A stretch of DNA of 64,000 nt from an uncultured delta proteobacterium (lineage in GTDB: Bacteria > Desulfobacterota > Desulfobacteria > Desulfobacterales > QNYZ01): positions 384,001-448,000 of the forward strand of contig CAWJQU010000005.1 in NCBI GenBank assembly GCA_963845145.1, in the 5' to 3' direction. The stretch's first letter is position 1, and each line of letters starts with the position of its first letter. The translations under genes and the position numbers were made by a program. The notes beneath the pieces are model-generated. The model was not told the DNA's origin. It saw only the letters and a list, made by a program, of their open reading frames with translations, and searched no databases. This document shows, in pieces, positions 50,421 to 59,827 of this stretch.

Positions 50421-50618
50421 TTAGTCGTGAATATTTTTGACTCTCCCCACGAGCCCGTTTTCCAAGCGAACCTTGATCCCGTGTGGATGGGTGGCAGACT
50501 TTGTCAGGAGGTCCCGGACAATGCCTTCGGTGAGCTTTCCGGTTCTCTGATCTTTTTTTAACACAATGGAAACTTTCAGGCCGGCAACAATATCGACTCT
50601 TTTGGTTCCGTCAGTCAT
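50421..50618 (-). CDS. YwbE-family (DUF2196) protein
   Basis: IVLKKDQRTGKLT.G.V..LLT.S..HPHGIKVRL..G.VGRV. Confidence 0.88.
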   Translation of the reverse strand: MTDGTKRVDIVAGLKVSIVLKKDQRTGKLTEGIVRDLLTKSATHPHGIKVRLENGLVGRVKNIHD

Positions 50619-50642
50619 ATGGCAATTCCTTTTTTTAAACCC

Positions 50643-50798
50643 TGATGGCTTCGTAAAAAGCCCAATTACTGCGTTGCGCTTCATCCCGTCGTGATTGCGG
50701 CGTACGAAAAGTACGCCTCATCACACGGGATTCGCGACGCCTTGAACTTGGCCTTTTTTCTTTGCCATCCCTTTTGATGACTTTTTACGTTTTCATCA
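50643..50798. repeat. MITE-like palindromic repeat element
   Basis: Imperfect terminal IRs TGATGGCTTCGTAAAAAG / CTTTTTACGTTTTCATCA and an internal hairpin GGCGTAC-GAAAA-GTACGCC. Confidence 0.7.
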
Positions 50799-50822
50799 AC
50801 CCTAGCGATGCGCATTATTTTG

Positions 50823-51032
50823 TTAATAGTGGGGTGGCTTTTCATTAGTCGGCGCATTGATTTCCGGAATAAATTTCGAGAGCTCTCTCACGCGTTTTAC
50901 CAAAGCATCACAGGTGGCACCCAGCTTTTGTATCTCCTGCACCTGTTCATACAAAACATCATTAAGGTCCCTGACGGTCTTTTCCTGAAAAGCGATTTTG
51001 GTCTCAATTTCCACCAGACGTTTTTCACTCAT
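50823..51032 (-). CDS. slyX: SlyX-family protein
   Basis: RL..IE.KIAFQE..V..LN...PPHY. Confidence 0.9.
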   Translation of the reverse strand: MSEKRLVEIETKIAFQEKTVRDLNDVLYEQVQEIQKLGATCDALVKRVRELSKFIPEINAPTNEKPPHY

Positions 51033-51086
51033 TTTATTGTCTATCCTCCAGAGCCATGTATCGAGATTAAATAAAGTATATGGCGG

Positions 51087-51761
51087 TCAAGGTCTTTCCG
51101 CAAGCCAGATAATCCGCTTGCCGCCTTTTCCGGATTTGCGCGCACGAACAGTCACGCTTTCCGTCTGGAATCCGCACTGTACAAGGCGACGCGTAAAGGC
51201 CTCATCGGCCTCGGATGACCAGACAGCTAAAATCCCTCCGGGGCAAAGGGCGGAAAAGGATGTTCTCAAACCGGATCTGGTGTAGAGGCGGTCGTTATCT
51301 TTCCGAGTAAGCCCTTCAGGACCGTTGTCGACATCAAGGAGTATCGCATCCCATATGGATTTGCTTTTCCTGATGGTTTGGCCCACATCTTCTACTATAA
51401 CAGATACCCGATTGTCATTTAGTGGTTCTCCTGCGAGGTGCCCTAAATGTTCCCGGTTCCATCTAACGACTGCCGGTATCAGCTCGGATACGGTGATGCG
51501 TGTATCCGACGCAGAATATTCAAGCGCCGCCGCCAGGGTATAGCCCATGCCAAGCCCGCCTATGAGAATACGACAGCCGGTTTTTCGTTTAATACGATTG
51601 CATGTGAGCTCCGCCAGTGCACCTTCGGATCCTTTAAGACCGCTGTTCATCAACTCAACCCCCGAGGTTCGGATCGAAAACGCCTTACCTCGCCTCAGCA
51701 GTGTGATTTCTCCTTTCTGGCCGGGTATTTTAGACCGATCTAGTTTTTCCCAGGGGATCAC
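51087..51761 (-). CDS. Spermidine-synthase-like SAM-binding protein
   Basis: LIGGLGMGYT, DAILLDVDNGP. Confidence 0.85.
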   Translation of the reverse strand: MIPWEKLDRSKIPGQKGEITLLRRGKAFSIRTSGVELMNSGLKGSEGALAELTCNRIKRKTGCRILIGGLGMGYTLAAALEYSASDTRITVSELIPAVVRWNREHLGHLAGEPLNDNRVSVIVEDVGQTIRKSKSIWDAILLDVDNGPEGLTRKDNDRLYTRSGLRTSFSALCPGGILAVWSSEADEAFTRRLVQCGFQTESVTVRARKSGKGGKRIIWLAERP

Positions 51762-51817
51762 CTTCTTCTCCTCACCTGATATTCAAACAACATATTCTGC
51801 ATTTTCCCTTTTCATCT

Positions 51818-52474
51818 TTAATGTATCTTCTGGAGCAATATGACATCATTTGAAATTAAGTATAGCTTAGCATTATACCGCTGGGCGATGTATTCAAACG
51901 TGGCCCGACGATAAAAGCACACATGGGTCATATCCCGAATATAATGCCATCGACTGAAAGCGTTTAGGTCAATCACCCGCTTAGTCATAATACCCAGCCA
52001 ACCGCCCGGTTTTAACATTTTAAATAAGTCTGTGAAATCTTTATAGGGAGTGTGCAAATGCTCTACGACTTCAGTGGCACAGATGAAATCATATTTTTTA
52101 AAAAACACAGACGGGTGATCGAAGTAAAAGGGGTCGTAGAGATCCACCTGGTGACCTTGTTTTTCTAATATAATCGAGATGGTTGGGCCTGGGCCGCAAC
52201 CAAAATCCAACCCCTTTTGTTTTGGCGCCAGCTTATCCAAAAGGGGGTTACTTAATCGAGACAGAAAATGACGATAGCCTTCATCCTCGGGATTATTTCT
52301 ATGTAAATCATACGTTGCCTTTTCATCCTCGGCACTTAGCCGGAATTGCGTGGGGACAAAGATCAGCATGCAATGAAAACAACGTAAGTAATTCCTTCTT
52401 TCATCCATAAAAAATAAACCTACGTCTTCACTTCTACACAAAGGACAATAGGACTTATCGCGTTTGATTTTCAC
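51818..52474 (-). CDS. Class I SAM methyltransferase with N-terminal zinc ribbon
   Basis: CPLC...C..C, LDFGCGPG, EVVEH, LKPGG. Confidence 0.88.
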   Translation of the reverse strand: MKIKRDKSYCPLCRSEDVGLFFMDERRNYLRCFHCMLIFVPTQFRLSAEDEKATYDLHRNNPEDEGYRHFLSRLSNPLLDKLAPKQKGLDFGCGPGPTISIILEKQGHQVDLYDPFYFDHPSVFFKKYDFICATEVVEHLHTPYKDFTDLFKMLKPGGWLGIMTKRVIDLNAFSRWHYIRDMTHVCFYRRATFEYIAQRYNAKLYLISNDVILLQKIH

Positions 52475-52510
52475 TGATCTTGGGTAATTAATTTTGGTAT
52501 AGAGGTTATT

Positions 52511-52693
52511 GTGTTTCCAAATATATGCAGAGATGGTGGAAACCCAGATATTGCCAGCCTTGATATGAGCTTCCGGGATTTTGTGGACCGACTAAGAAAT
52601 GCGCAAACAGCCATCATGCCTGAGTTTAAGGAAGATAGGGTCTCTAAACAGCATGCCGCGGATATTCTTGTTTTTTTACAAACCCTTAAATAA
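52511..52693 (+). pseudogene. Possible cytochrome c C-terminal remnant
   Basis: F...LR...MP.F....S.....DI..FL.TL pattern; no intact CxxCH. Confidence 0.35.
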
Positions 52694-52721
52694 AAAAGAT
52701 TTAAAGGCCATCATGTTTGAT

Positions 52722-53990
52722 TCAGGGCGCTGAAGCCGAACGTCCAAACGCTTTTTTCGCCAGTGTCCGGTTTCGGGGCCGGAAGGTATCGTCCGCCATC
52801 TCTTTTCGAATCACCTGTTGAAACAACTTGAACATTTTTACTTCCTGGGATTCATCGGTATAGAAAGTATCCCAGGCGTATTGGAGCAATTCTTGTAATT
52901 TTTCCGGCGTCATCTGTTTGGGTTGGTAAACGACCTTGTCGGCGGAGTAGTCGTTCCAATCAAAGGAGAAAATCCGATTCGCCTTTTTATAGTCTTCGTA
53001 TACCCGTGTGTGTGGAAAAGGTGTCAGGACAGTGAACTCGGCCAGATCCAGGTCGATTTCCAATAAAAAATCAATCAAACGACGAATGTCGTCCTCGGTG
53101 TGCTCATCCAGGCCCAATAAAATTGTGCCCTCCACGGCGATACCGTGGTCATGGTAACGCTTGATTCGCTCCCGAATATAGTCCGAGGTGTCAAAGACGG
53201 CCTGATAAACATACCAGGCCCCTGCCTGGGCCGCCAGATCAAGCACTTCGGGATCATCTTCAATGGGGTGGCTGCACCATTTCTTTTTAAGGGGAATCAT
53301 CTCCCGAAACAGATCCTTTTCCCATTGGGTATCCTGGGCCAGGGAGTTGTCGACAACAAAGAGACGATTGTTGTCGATGCCGGCCATTTCTGCGACGGCT
53401 TTGTCGATGGGGCGCGGTCGAAATTGGCGACCACCCAGATAGGAAACAGCGCACGGGTAACAATTGTACCGGCAGCCCCGGGAGGCGTGAACCAAGTCCA
53501 CCATCTGGACGCCTCGATAATTGTACAGATCGCGATTGAGAATCTCCCGGCGGGCCGCTCCCACGGTTTCAATGGGAGGGCGGTCTTCCATATAATCGTA
53601 AACTTTTTTGAGTTCCCCATTAGCAAAATCGGCCAATATACGACCCATACGCCCTTCGGCCTCTCCCAGAAAAACCGCATCCGCATGGGTCGCCGTCTCT
53701 TCGGCATGCAACATGGTGGCAATGCCGCCGAAAATAACCTGGACGCCCTTTTTGCGGTATTTATCGGCAATCTCCCAGCCCCGTTTCACCTGCACGGTCA
53801 GCATCATGGAAATCCCAACCAAATCCACGGGATCATCAAAATCGATGGATTCCACGTTTTCATCGATGAAAGTCACCGCCACCTCATCAGGAAGGGCTGC
53901 AGCGAATACCACGGGGCCGTGGGGCGGTAAATGAAACTCGGTCTGACGGTCGAGTTTGGGCCATTTGGGATATATAAGTTTAAATTTCAT
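52722..53990 (-). CDS. B12-binding radical SAM protein
   Basis: DEN, VGIS, GGIAT, GEAE, SRGCRYNCYPC, TPFPHT. Confidence 0.92.
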   Translation of the reverse strand: MKFKLIYPKWPKLDRQTEFHLPPHGPVVFAAALPDEVAVTFIDENVESIDFDDPVDLVGISMMLTVQVKRGWEIADKYRKKGVQVIFGGIATMLHAEETATHADAVFLGEAEGRMGRILADFANGELKKVYDYMEDRPPIETVGAARREILNRDLYNYRGVQMVDLVHASRGCRYNCYPCAVSYLGGRQFRPRPIDKAVAEMAGIDNNRLFVVDNSLAQDTQWEKDLFREMIPLKKKWCSHPIEDDPEVLDLAAQAGAWYVYQAVFDTSDYIRERIKRYHDHGIAVEGTILLGLDEHTEDDIRRLIDFLLEIDLDLAEFTVLTPFPHTRVYEDYKKANRIFSFDWNDYSADKVVYQPKQMTPEKLQELLQYAWDTFYTDESQEVKMFKLFQQVIRKEMADDTFRPRNRTLAKKAFGRSASAP

Positions 53991-54291
53991 TGTAAATCAG
54001 TCGCCTCGTTGTGAAAGATTTAACCGCGAAAATCGAGCGGTTGGCGGGTTTGCCTTGGCTCATTAATACGAATGATAGCCGGCCGGGTCAAGCCATTTAG
54101 TCGGTTTACCCGTTGGCCTGAGTCACACCCCGCTTGGCGCGGCAGGAACCGGCAAACCGGCTATCCGGCCAACCAGACCAATCTCAAGCATTGATTTTTT
54201 CCAAGAATTCTGATCTATATACTCACTTTTCATTTCGTTGGTACGATACAAAACGCATGCGAAAACTCAAATTAAACGCATCGAAAACATC

Positions 54292-55215
54292 ATGAAAAAT
54301 ATTCTGGTCATTTACTATTCACAATCGGGCCAGCTAAAAGAGATTCTGGACTCGCTTTTGGCCCCGATCATAAAAAATGACGGAATTGAAATCACTTTTG
54401 AAGAGATTTTACCCGACCCGCCCTACCCGTTTCCGTGGACCTCCCGAACTTTTTGTGACGCATTTCCGGAATCTTTTCAGGAAATCCCATGTGATATTAA
54501 GCCCTTGAAAGCGGATCCGGATAAACCGTACGACCTGGTGATCTTGGCCTACACGGTCTGGTATCTGGCACCGGCCATACCGATCAGCGCTTTTTTGCAA
54601 TCAGATGATGCCCGCCACCTGATTAAGGATCGACCCGTCGTGACGGTGATTGGATGCCGCAATATGTGGCTTTTGACTCAGGAAAAAATAAAAAAACGGA
54701 TATTCACCTTGGGCGGGCGATTGGCGGGAAATATCGTTTTTACCGATCGCACCCCCAACCTGATCGGGGTCGCTACCATCGCACACTGGATGTTCAGCGG
54801 TCGCAAGGACCGGTTATGGAAAATCATGCCCAAGCCCGGCGTCTCAACCAAAGATATTCGCAATGCCGGCCGGTTCGGCCTGTTTCTTAAAGAGGCGATC
54901 GCCAACGTGCCCTTTCAATTGGATCAAACACAGTTGAATCAACTGGGTGCCACGCGCGTCGTCCCTGCTTATATTCTTTTTGAACAACGCATTCAGAAAA
55001 TTTTTAGCATCTGGTCTAAATTTATTCGTCAGAAAGGTGGCCCCGGCAGCCCGTTGCGGAAAAAACGGGTTCGGGCATTTTACTACTATCTTTGGGTCGC
55101 GATATTTGTTCTGGCCCCGCTGGCCACGGTGCTGTCATTTGCCGTTCGGCTGCTAAAAAAAGATAAAATCCAAAGCGCTGTCGATTATTATTCACAAAAT
55201 AAGCTCAAAGCCTGA
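54292..55215 (+). CDS. darA: Dialkylresorcinol biosynthesis protein DarA (aromatase)
   Basis: ILVIYYSQSGQL, YPFPW...F.D.FPE, VWYL.P, CRNMW; directly upstream of darB. Confidence 0.85.
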   Translation: MKNILVIYYSQSGQLKEILDSLLAPIIKNDGIEITFEEILPDPPYPFPWTSRTFCDAFPESFQEIPCDIKPLKADPDKPYDLVILAYTVWYLAPAIPISAFLQSDDARHLIKDRPVVTVIGCRNMWLLTQEKIKKRIFTLGGRLAGNIVFTDRTPNLIGVATIAHWMFSGRKDRLWKIMPKPGVSTKDIRNAGRFGLFLKEAIANVPFQLDQTQLNQLGATRVVPAYILFEQRIQKIFSIWSKFIRQKGGPGSPLRKKRVRAFYYYLWVAIFVLAPLATVLSFAVRLLKKDKIQSAVDYYSQNKLKA

Positions 55216-55308
55216 CCCATGGTGCAAAGGCCCCGGGAAAGAACCAGGAAAAAACCATATAATTCAACTTATTAATCCACTTTTAAACCGCAATGGACAA
55301 AATAAATA

Positions 55309-56472
55309 ATGAGTAAAAGCGTTTACATCAACGATTTAGCGGCCTTCCTGCCCAACGCGCCGGTCACCAATGAGACCATTGAAGAGGTGCTGGGAAAGGC
55401 CAACGATCTCCCTTCGCGAACCAAAAGGGTCATGCTTCGCAACAATAAAATCAAAACCCGCCACTATGCCATTGACCTGGATACCGGCCGATTAACACAC
55501 ACCAATGCCCAGATGAGCGCCGAGGCCATCCGGGGCCTTTCACCTTACGAATCATTTAAGCTCAATGATATCCAGTGCTTAAGTTGTGGCACCACCACAC
55601 CGGACCTGTTGATGCCCGGACATGCCCTGATGGTATTGGGTGAGCTGGGCATCCCCGAATGCGAAGCCGTGACGACCTCCGGGATCTGTATATCGGGAAT
55701 GACGGCCTTTAAATTTGCCTATTTAAATATTGCGGCCGGGTGCTCTCAAAACGCCGTTGCCTGCGGATCGGATTCGGCTTCATCCTATTTACGCGCACGT
55801 TTTTTTTCATCAGCACAAACCAAGAGTATCGGTAAGGATATCGATTTGGAAAAAAAACCGATCCGTGCCTTTGATGCCGAATTTTTAAGATGGATGCTAT
55901 CAGACGGCGCCGGGGCCGCTTTTCTCTCCAGCCAAAAAAACAAAAAAGGCCCATCCCTTCGTATCGACTGGGTCGAGAACACTTCTTATGCCGGACAATT
56001 TGAGACCTGCATGTATGCCGGTGGCTTTAAACAACCGGACGGCCGCATGGTGGGATGGCGGGAAGTGGAAGATTACGACCCGGCCAAAGAAGCGTCCAGG
56101 TTTCTAATTCGGCAGGATACCAAACTGCTGGAAAAAGAGATTGTTCGCACGGCCATCGATTTCGCCCTGGCTTCGGCCATCAAAAAACATGGACTAACGC
56201 CAGATGATTTCGACTGGTATTTACCACATTACTCTTCCAACTTTTTCCGCGATAAATTCTACCAGGCCATGAAGCGAATCGGGTTTGAAATTCCCTATGA
56301 CAAATGGTTTACCAACTTGCCCGAAAAAGGCAATACCGGAAGCGCCTCCATCTACATTATCATGGAACAATTGTTCAAGTCCGGAGAATTGAAAACAGGC
56401 CAAAAGCTTCTCTGCTTTATTCCCGAAAGCGGCCGGTTTTCCCATGTGTTCATGCAGCTGACCGTGGTATAG
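55309..56472 (+). CDS. darB: DarB/StlD-type ketosynthase III (dialkylresorcinol condensing enzyme)
   Basis: FLPN.PV.N, PGHA.MV, G.C, FLRWMLSDGAGA, PHYSS, GNTGSAS, PESGRF. Confidence 0.9.
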   Translation: MSKSVYINDLAAFLPNAPVTNETIEEVLGKANDLPSRTKRVMLRNNKIKTRHYAIDLDTGRLTHTNAQMSAEAIRGLSPYESFKLNDIQCLSCGTTTPDLLMPGHALMVLGELGIPECEAVTTSGICISGMTAFKFAYLNIAAGCSQNAVACGSDSASSYLRARFFSSAQTKSIGKDIDLEKKPIRAFDAEFLRWMLSDGAGAAFLSSQKNKKGPSLRIDWVENTSYAGQFETCMYAGGFKQPDGRMVGWREVEDYDPAKEASRFLIRQDTKLLEKEIVRTAIDFALASAIKKHGLTPDDFDWYLPHYSSNFFRDKFYQAMKRIGFEIPYDKWFTNLPEKGNTGSASIYIIMEQLFKSGELKTGQKLLCFIPESGRFSHVFMQLTVV

Positions 56473-56529
56473 CCCGACTGAAGTAAGGCTGGCTATGGTC
56501 CAGTGATGCGTATCGCCGGCCCGAAGGAA

Positions 56530-57882
56530 TCAATTCCCGCTGGATTCCAAACGACGAAAGAAAAACAGCCAGGAAACAACCAGGCAGGTAGCACAAAAAA
56601 CCAATAAAAAAAACGCCCAGGGCAGGACGACGCGGGCGCTCCCCTCACGAACAAACAGATCCAAAAATCCATTGAGTCCCCAGGCCAAAGGCGACAAATG
56701 ACTCAATGCCTGCATAAAGGTCGGCATGGCATAAACCGGCACCATGATGCCACCGATGGCCGCGGCAATAACAATCGTGATTGGCCCCAGCATGGACACC
56801 TGCTCATAAGTGCTGCCCAATGTCCCCAATAAAACGCCATAACCGGCCGCGGCCAGAATCGAGCTGAATGCCATCAATAATATGCCGACCGGACTTGCGC
56901 CCATGTCCAAAACCGGTGTTCCCAAAATGGGCAGGACAAACCGGCCAATCAAACCAATTAACACCAATTGCGCCAGGCCCACCACCATATAAGCGGTCAT
57001 TTTCCCCGCCAAAAGCGCCATCGGCGAGACCGGGAATGAAAGCAGGCGCCGATAGGTGCCGTTTTTGCGTTCCTTGATTAATGACCCGGCGATGGGCACG
57101 GCAATAAAAAAAATACCGAAAAGCGCCCAGGCCGGAACGTTTTGCTGAACCGAAGTGGGCCGCACGTGCAATCCGGATTCGGCCGGGTTGATTTCCGTGA
57201 CCTCCAGGAGTCGGGTATCGCTCAATTTGAAATCAAAGGCCGGCAGTTCGTCGATCAATCCCTCGCTTACCATGGCGCCCAATTGCGCCTCGATATGCTT
57301 TTCGAGATGATGGGGCAGTTGATCTGAAAGGGCTTTTAGCTGCGCTTTAATTTCGATACCCAAAAGAACGGCGTTTAGCGCATTACCAATGGCCGACCGA
57401 ACCCCGCCCATGACGGTGGGGTCAAAATAGATCTCAATCGGCGGCGAGGGGTTGGGTTCATTTTGATCAACCCGGTCACTTTCACTTTCCATCAGGCGCT
57501 TGATCGACTGGCCGGCCCGCCGTTGGAGGGAATCGGTCAGGCCTGCCGGAATAATGATCCCCACCTGAAAATCGCCCCGAAGAACCAGCGATCGGACGCC
57601 GGTTGAATCCACAGGCTGCCCCACTTCGACCGTGGCCAGGGTTAATGCCCCGGTATCACCCAGTTTATTTTTCACCTCTTTACCGACCATTTGCCGATCA
57701 TGGTCGACATATAAAACAGAGATCTCGCTCTCACCGACCGTTTTTAGGACATTCTCCTGAACCAGCGTGATCACCAGCACCAGGGCCGCGGGCATCACAA
57801 ACAAAACGAGAAGGCCGGATTTGTCGCGCCAAAGCAGTGTCAATTCATTGATGATAACGGCAATTAATTTAAACATGGGCAT
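56530..57882 (-). CDS. ABC-2 type transporter permease
   Basis: LFVMP, QQNVPAW, AIGGI.VP; TM helices. Confidence 0.9.
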   Translation of the reverse strand: MPMFKLIAVIINELTLLWRDKSGLLVLFVMPAALVLVITLVQENVLKTVGESEISVLYVDHDRQMVGKEVKNKLGDTGALTLATVEVGQPVDSTGVRSLVLRGDFQVGIIIPAGLTDSLQRRAGQSIKRLMESESDRVDQNEPNPSPPIEIYFDPTVMGGVRSAIGNALNAVLLGIEIKAQLKALSDQLPHHLEKHIEAQLGAMVSEGLIDELPAFDFKLSDTRLLEVTEINPAESGLHVRPTSVQQNVPAWALFGIFFIAVPIAGSLIKERKNGTYRRLLSFPVSPMALLAGKMTAYMVVGLAQLVLIGLIGRFVLPILGTPVLDMGASPVGILLMAFSSILAAAGYGVLLGTLGSTYEQVSMLGPITIVIAAAIGGIMVPVYAMPTFMQALSHLSPLAWGLNGFLDLFVREGSARVVLPWAFFLLVFCATCLVVSWLFFFRRLESSGN

Positions 57883-58707
57883 CTAGTCACGTAGCTGTTT
57901 ACCCGTCAGTTTTAGGAACAATCCTTCCAGGTTATCACAGTCTGTGGTTTGCTTTATCAGGTCGGCCGGTGCCCCCACGGCAATAACCCGACCCGCATCG
58001 ATGATGGCAACCCTGTCACAGATGAGTTCGGCCTCCTCCATATAGTGGGTCGTATAAAGCATGGTCGTCTTTTTTTGCTTTAATACCTGTAACTGCTCCA
58101 TGATTAAATTGCGCGACTGCGCATCGATTCCCACGGTGGGTTCATCCAGAAAGAGAAGGCGCGGTTGGTGCAATATACCCACGGCCAGATTTAACCGCCT
58201 TTTCATGCCACCGGAGAAGGTATGCACCAGTTGCGTCACCTGATCCGATAAGCCTACCATCCGCAATGCCCGATCCATTCTTTTTTGCAGCACCCCTCCC
58301 CGCAGTGCATGCAACCGGCCGAAATAGATCAGATTCTCCCGGGCTGTGAGTGGTTCATACAAGGCGATATCCTGGGGAACCAGCCCAATGATTTTTCTTA
58401 CGCGCCGGGCGGATTCAAATGCATCGATGGAATCAATGACAACGCTCCCGCGGGATGGCGATAGAATCGTGCTCAAAATCGAAATGCACGTTGTTTTCCC
58501 GGCGCCGTTGGGGCCCAGCAAACCGAAAATTTCACCTTCATAAATCGTGATGTCGACATCGGTGAGCGCCGCCACGCGGCTATCGGCGTAGGTTTTACAC
58601 AAACCTTTGGCGATCAGGAGCGGCGTATGGGCCCCAGCATCAAAATTGGCATCAAAATCGGTATCAGAAGATGTCGTTGCGTTGACGATTGGTGGTCCGG
58701 AAGACAT
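57883..58707 (-). CDS. ABC transporter ATP-binding protein
   Basis: GPNGAGKT, FSGGMKRR, LDEPT. Confidence 0.95.
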   Translation of the reverse strand: MSSGPPIVNATTSSDTDFDANFDAGAHTPLLIAKGLCKTYADSRVAALTDVDITIYEGEIFGLLGPNGAGKTTCISILSTILSPSRGSVVIDSIDAFESARRVRKIIGLVPQDIALYEPLTARENLIYFGRLHALRGGVLQKRMDRALRMVGLSDQVTQLVHTFSGGMKRRLNLAVGILHQPRLLFLDEPTVGIDAQSRNLIMEQLQVLKQKKTTMLYTTHYMEEAELICDRVAIIDAGRVIAVGAPADLIKQTTDCDNLEGLFLKLTGKQLRD

Positions 58708-58717
58708 GAGGCTCCCT

Positions 58718-59827
58718 TTATTCGGGATGAAGAATCATCCAACCGTAGGCCTTCCCGGCCCCAAGCTTCAAACAGCCGATCGGCACCGGTGCTGCTAATA
58801 ACGGGCCGGACTCAATTTCAGAATGCGCTTCGGGCCGGATTAAGGATAACCCGTTTATTCGATGCGTATCAATAGCCGCTGAACCAAATATTTTTCCGGT
58901 TTTATGACTTAAAGCAGCGATGGCGACTTCAAAACCGATACCAATGGGCACACCGCCAAAGATATGGCTATGAATGGATACCTTTGCATCCGGCGGCAGA
59001 TAATCGACATACATTGGATCACACTCACTATAGCTGTCCGTGCCGAGAAAGAAAACGGCTTCTGCGGGAAGCGCCACATTCAATGCCGGCCCATGGCCCA
59101 ATCGAACCGTCTTAAGAACACCGTAGGGGGTCGCCGGTTTTTCCTCGCGACTCAATACAAAAAAGCAAGCCCCTTCGCCAATGACATCGGTTTCCGCGGC
59201 GGGTTGATTTTTTTCATTCTGCTGCCGGCAATGCCAATAATAACCGAGGACTTTGCAGTACTCATCCACACCACCCACCAGAACGGTATCCACCCGATCT
59301 TCTTCCAACCACTGAACCGCCGTGGCAAAGGCAGAAGGGATCGACATATCGTAATGGCTCAGGGACAGATTGGGGCCCATTTTTTTAAGCGAAATGGAAA
59401 GATGCGACGCGGCGGCGTTATGGACCGAATTGGCAAAGACCGTGGGGGAGCCACACGGATCCGAAGCGTTGATTACCGAGTGCTGAAAGTCAAAGGTATT
59501 GCAGGTGGCACCATAACCGGTGGCCACGATTATCCCCGTTCTCCCGCTGTCGGACGTCTGAAAACCGGCATCTTCAAGGGCCGCATGGGCTGCCAGAAGG
59601 GCCATACGAATATAGTGCCCGGTCCGTCGAAGCTCCCGTTTGGGGACAAAATCTTCCAGATGGGTCGTCTCGGCCAATAGGGCCGGTACTTCGATGGGGC
59701 CGTTGGAAGTTTCCAGGGTGATGGCCTGAGGTGTCGGTGGGCAGTGGCACAAGGCGTTTTCCAGATCGGTCAAGCCATAGCCGAATCCCCCCACAACGCC
59801 GATACCCTTTATGGATACATTCATCAT
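58718..59827 (-). CDS. Ketosynthase chain-length factor (ApeC-like)
   Basis: SPTVFANSVHNA, GGVDE, GEGA; no catalytic Cys-His-His. Confidence 0.8.
   Translation of the reverse strand: MMNVSIKGIGVVGGFGYGLTDLENALCHCPPTPQAITLETSNGPIEVPALLAETTHLEDFVPKRELRRTGHYIRMALLAAHAALEDAGFQTSDSGRTGIIVATGYGATCNTFDFQHSVINASDPCGSPTVFANSVHNAAASHLSISLKKMGPNLSLSHYDMSIPSAFATAVQWLEEDRVDTVLVGGVDEYCKVLGYYWHCRQQNEKNQPAAETDVIGEGACFFVLSREEKPATPYGVLKTVRLGHGPALNVALPAEAVFFLGTDSYSECDPMYVDYLPPDAKVSIHSHIFGGVPIGIGFEVAIAALSHKTGKIFGSAAIDTHRINGLSLIRPEAHSEIESGPLLAAPVPIGCLKLGAGKAYGWMILHPE

Noticed and set aside
53145..53930. Long antisense/overlapping ORFs (this one, 701-1294, 16225-16944, 29956-30573, 58964-59680)
   Set aside because: They are shadows of well-supported genes on the opposite strand and have no motifs.
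54140..54182. Short CCGG-containing repeats upstream of darA
   Set aside because: Too short and degenerate to assign a function.
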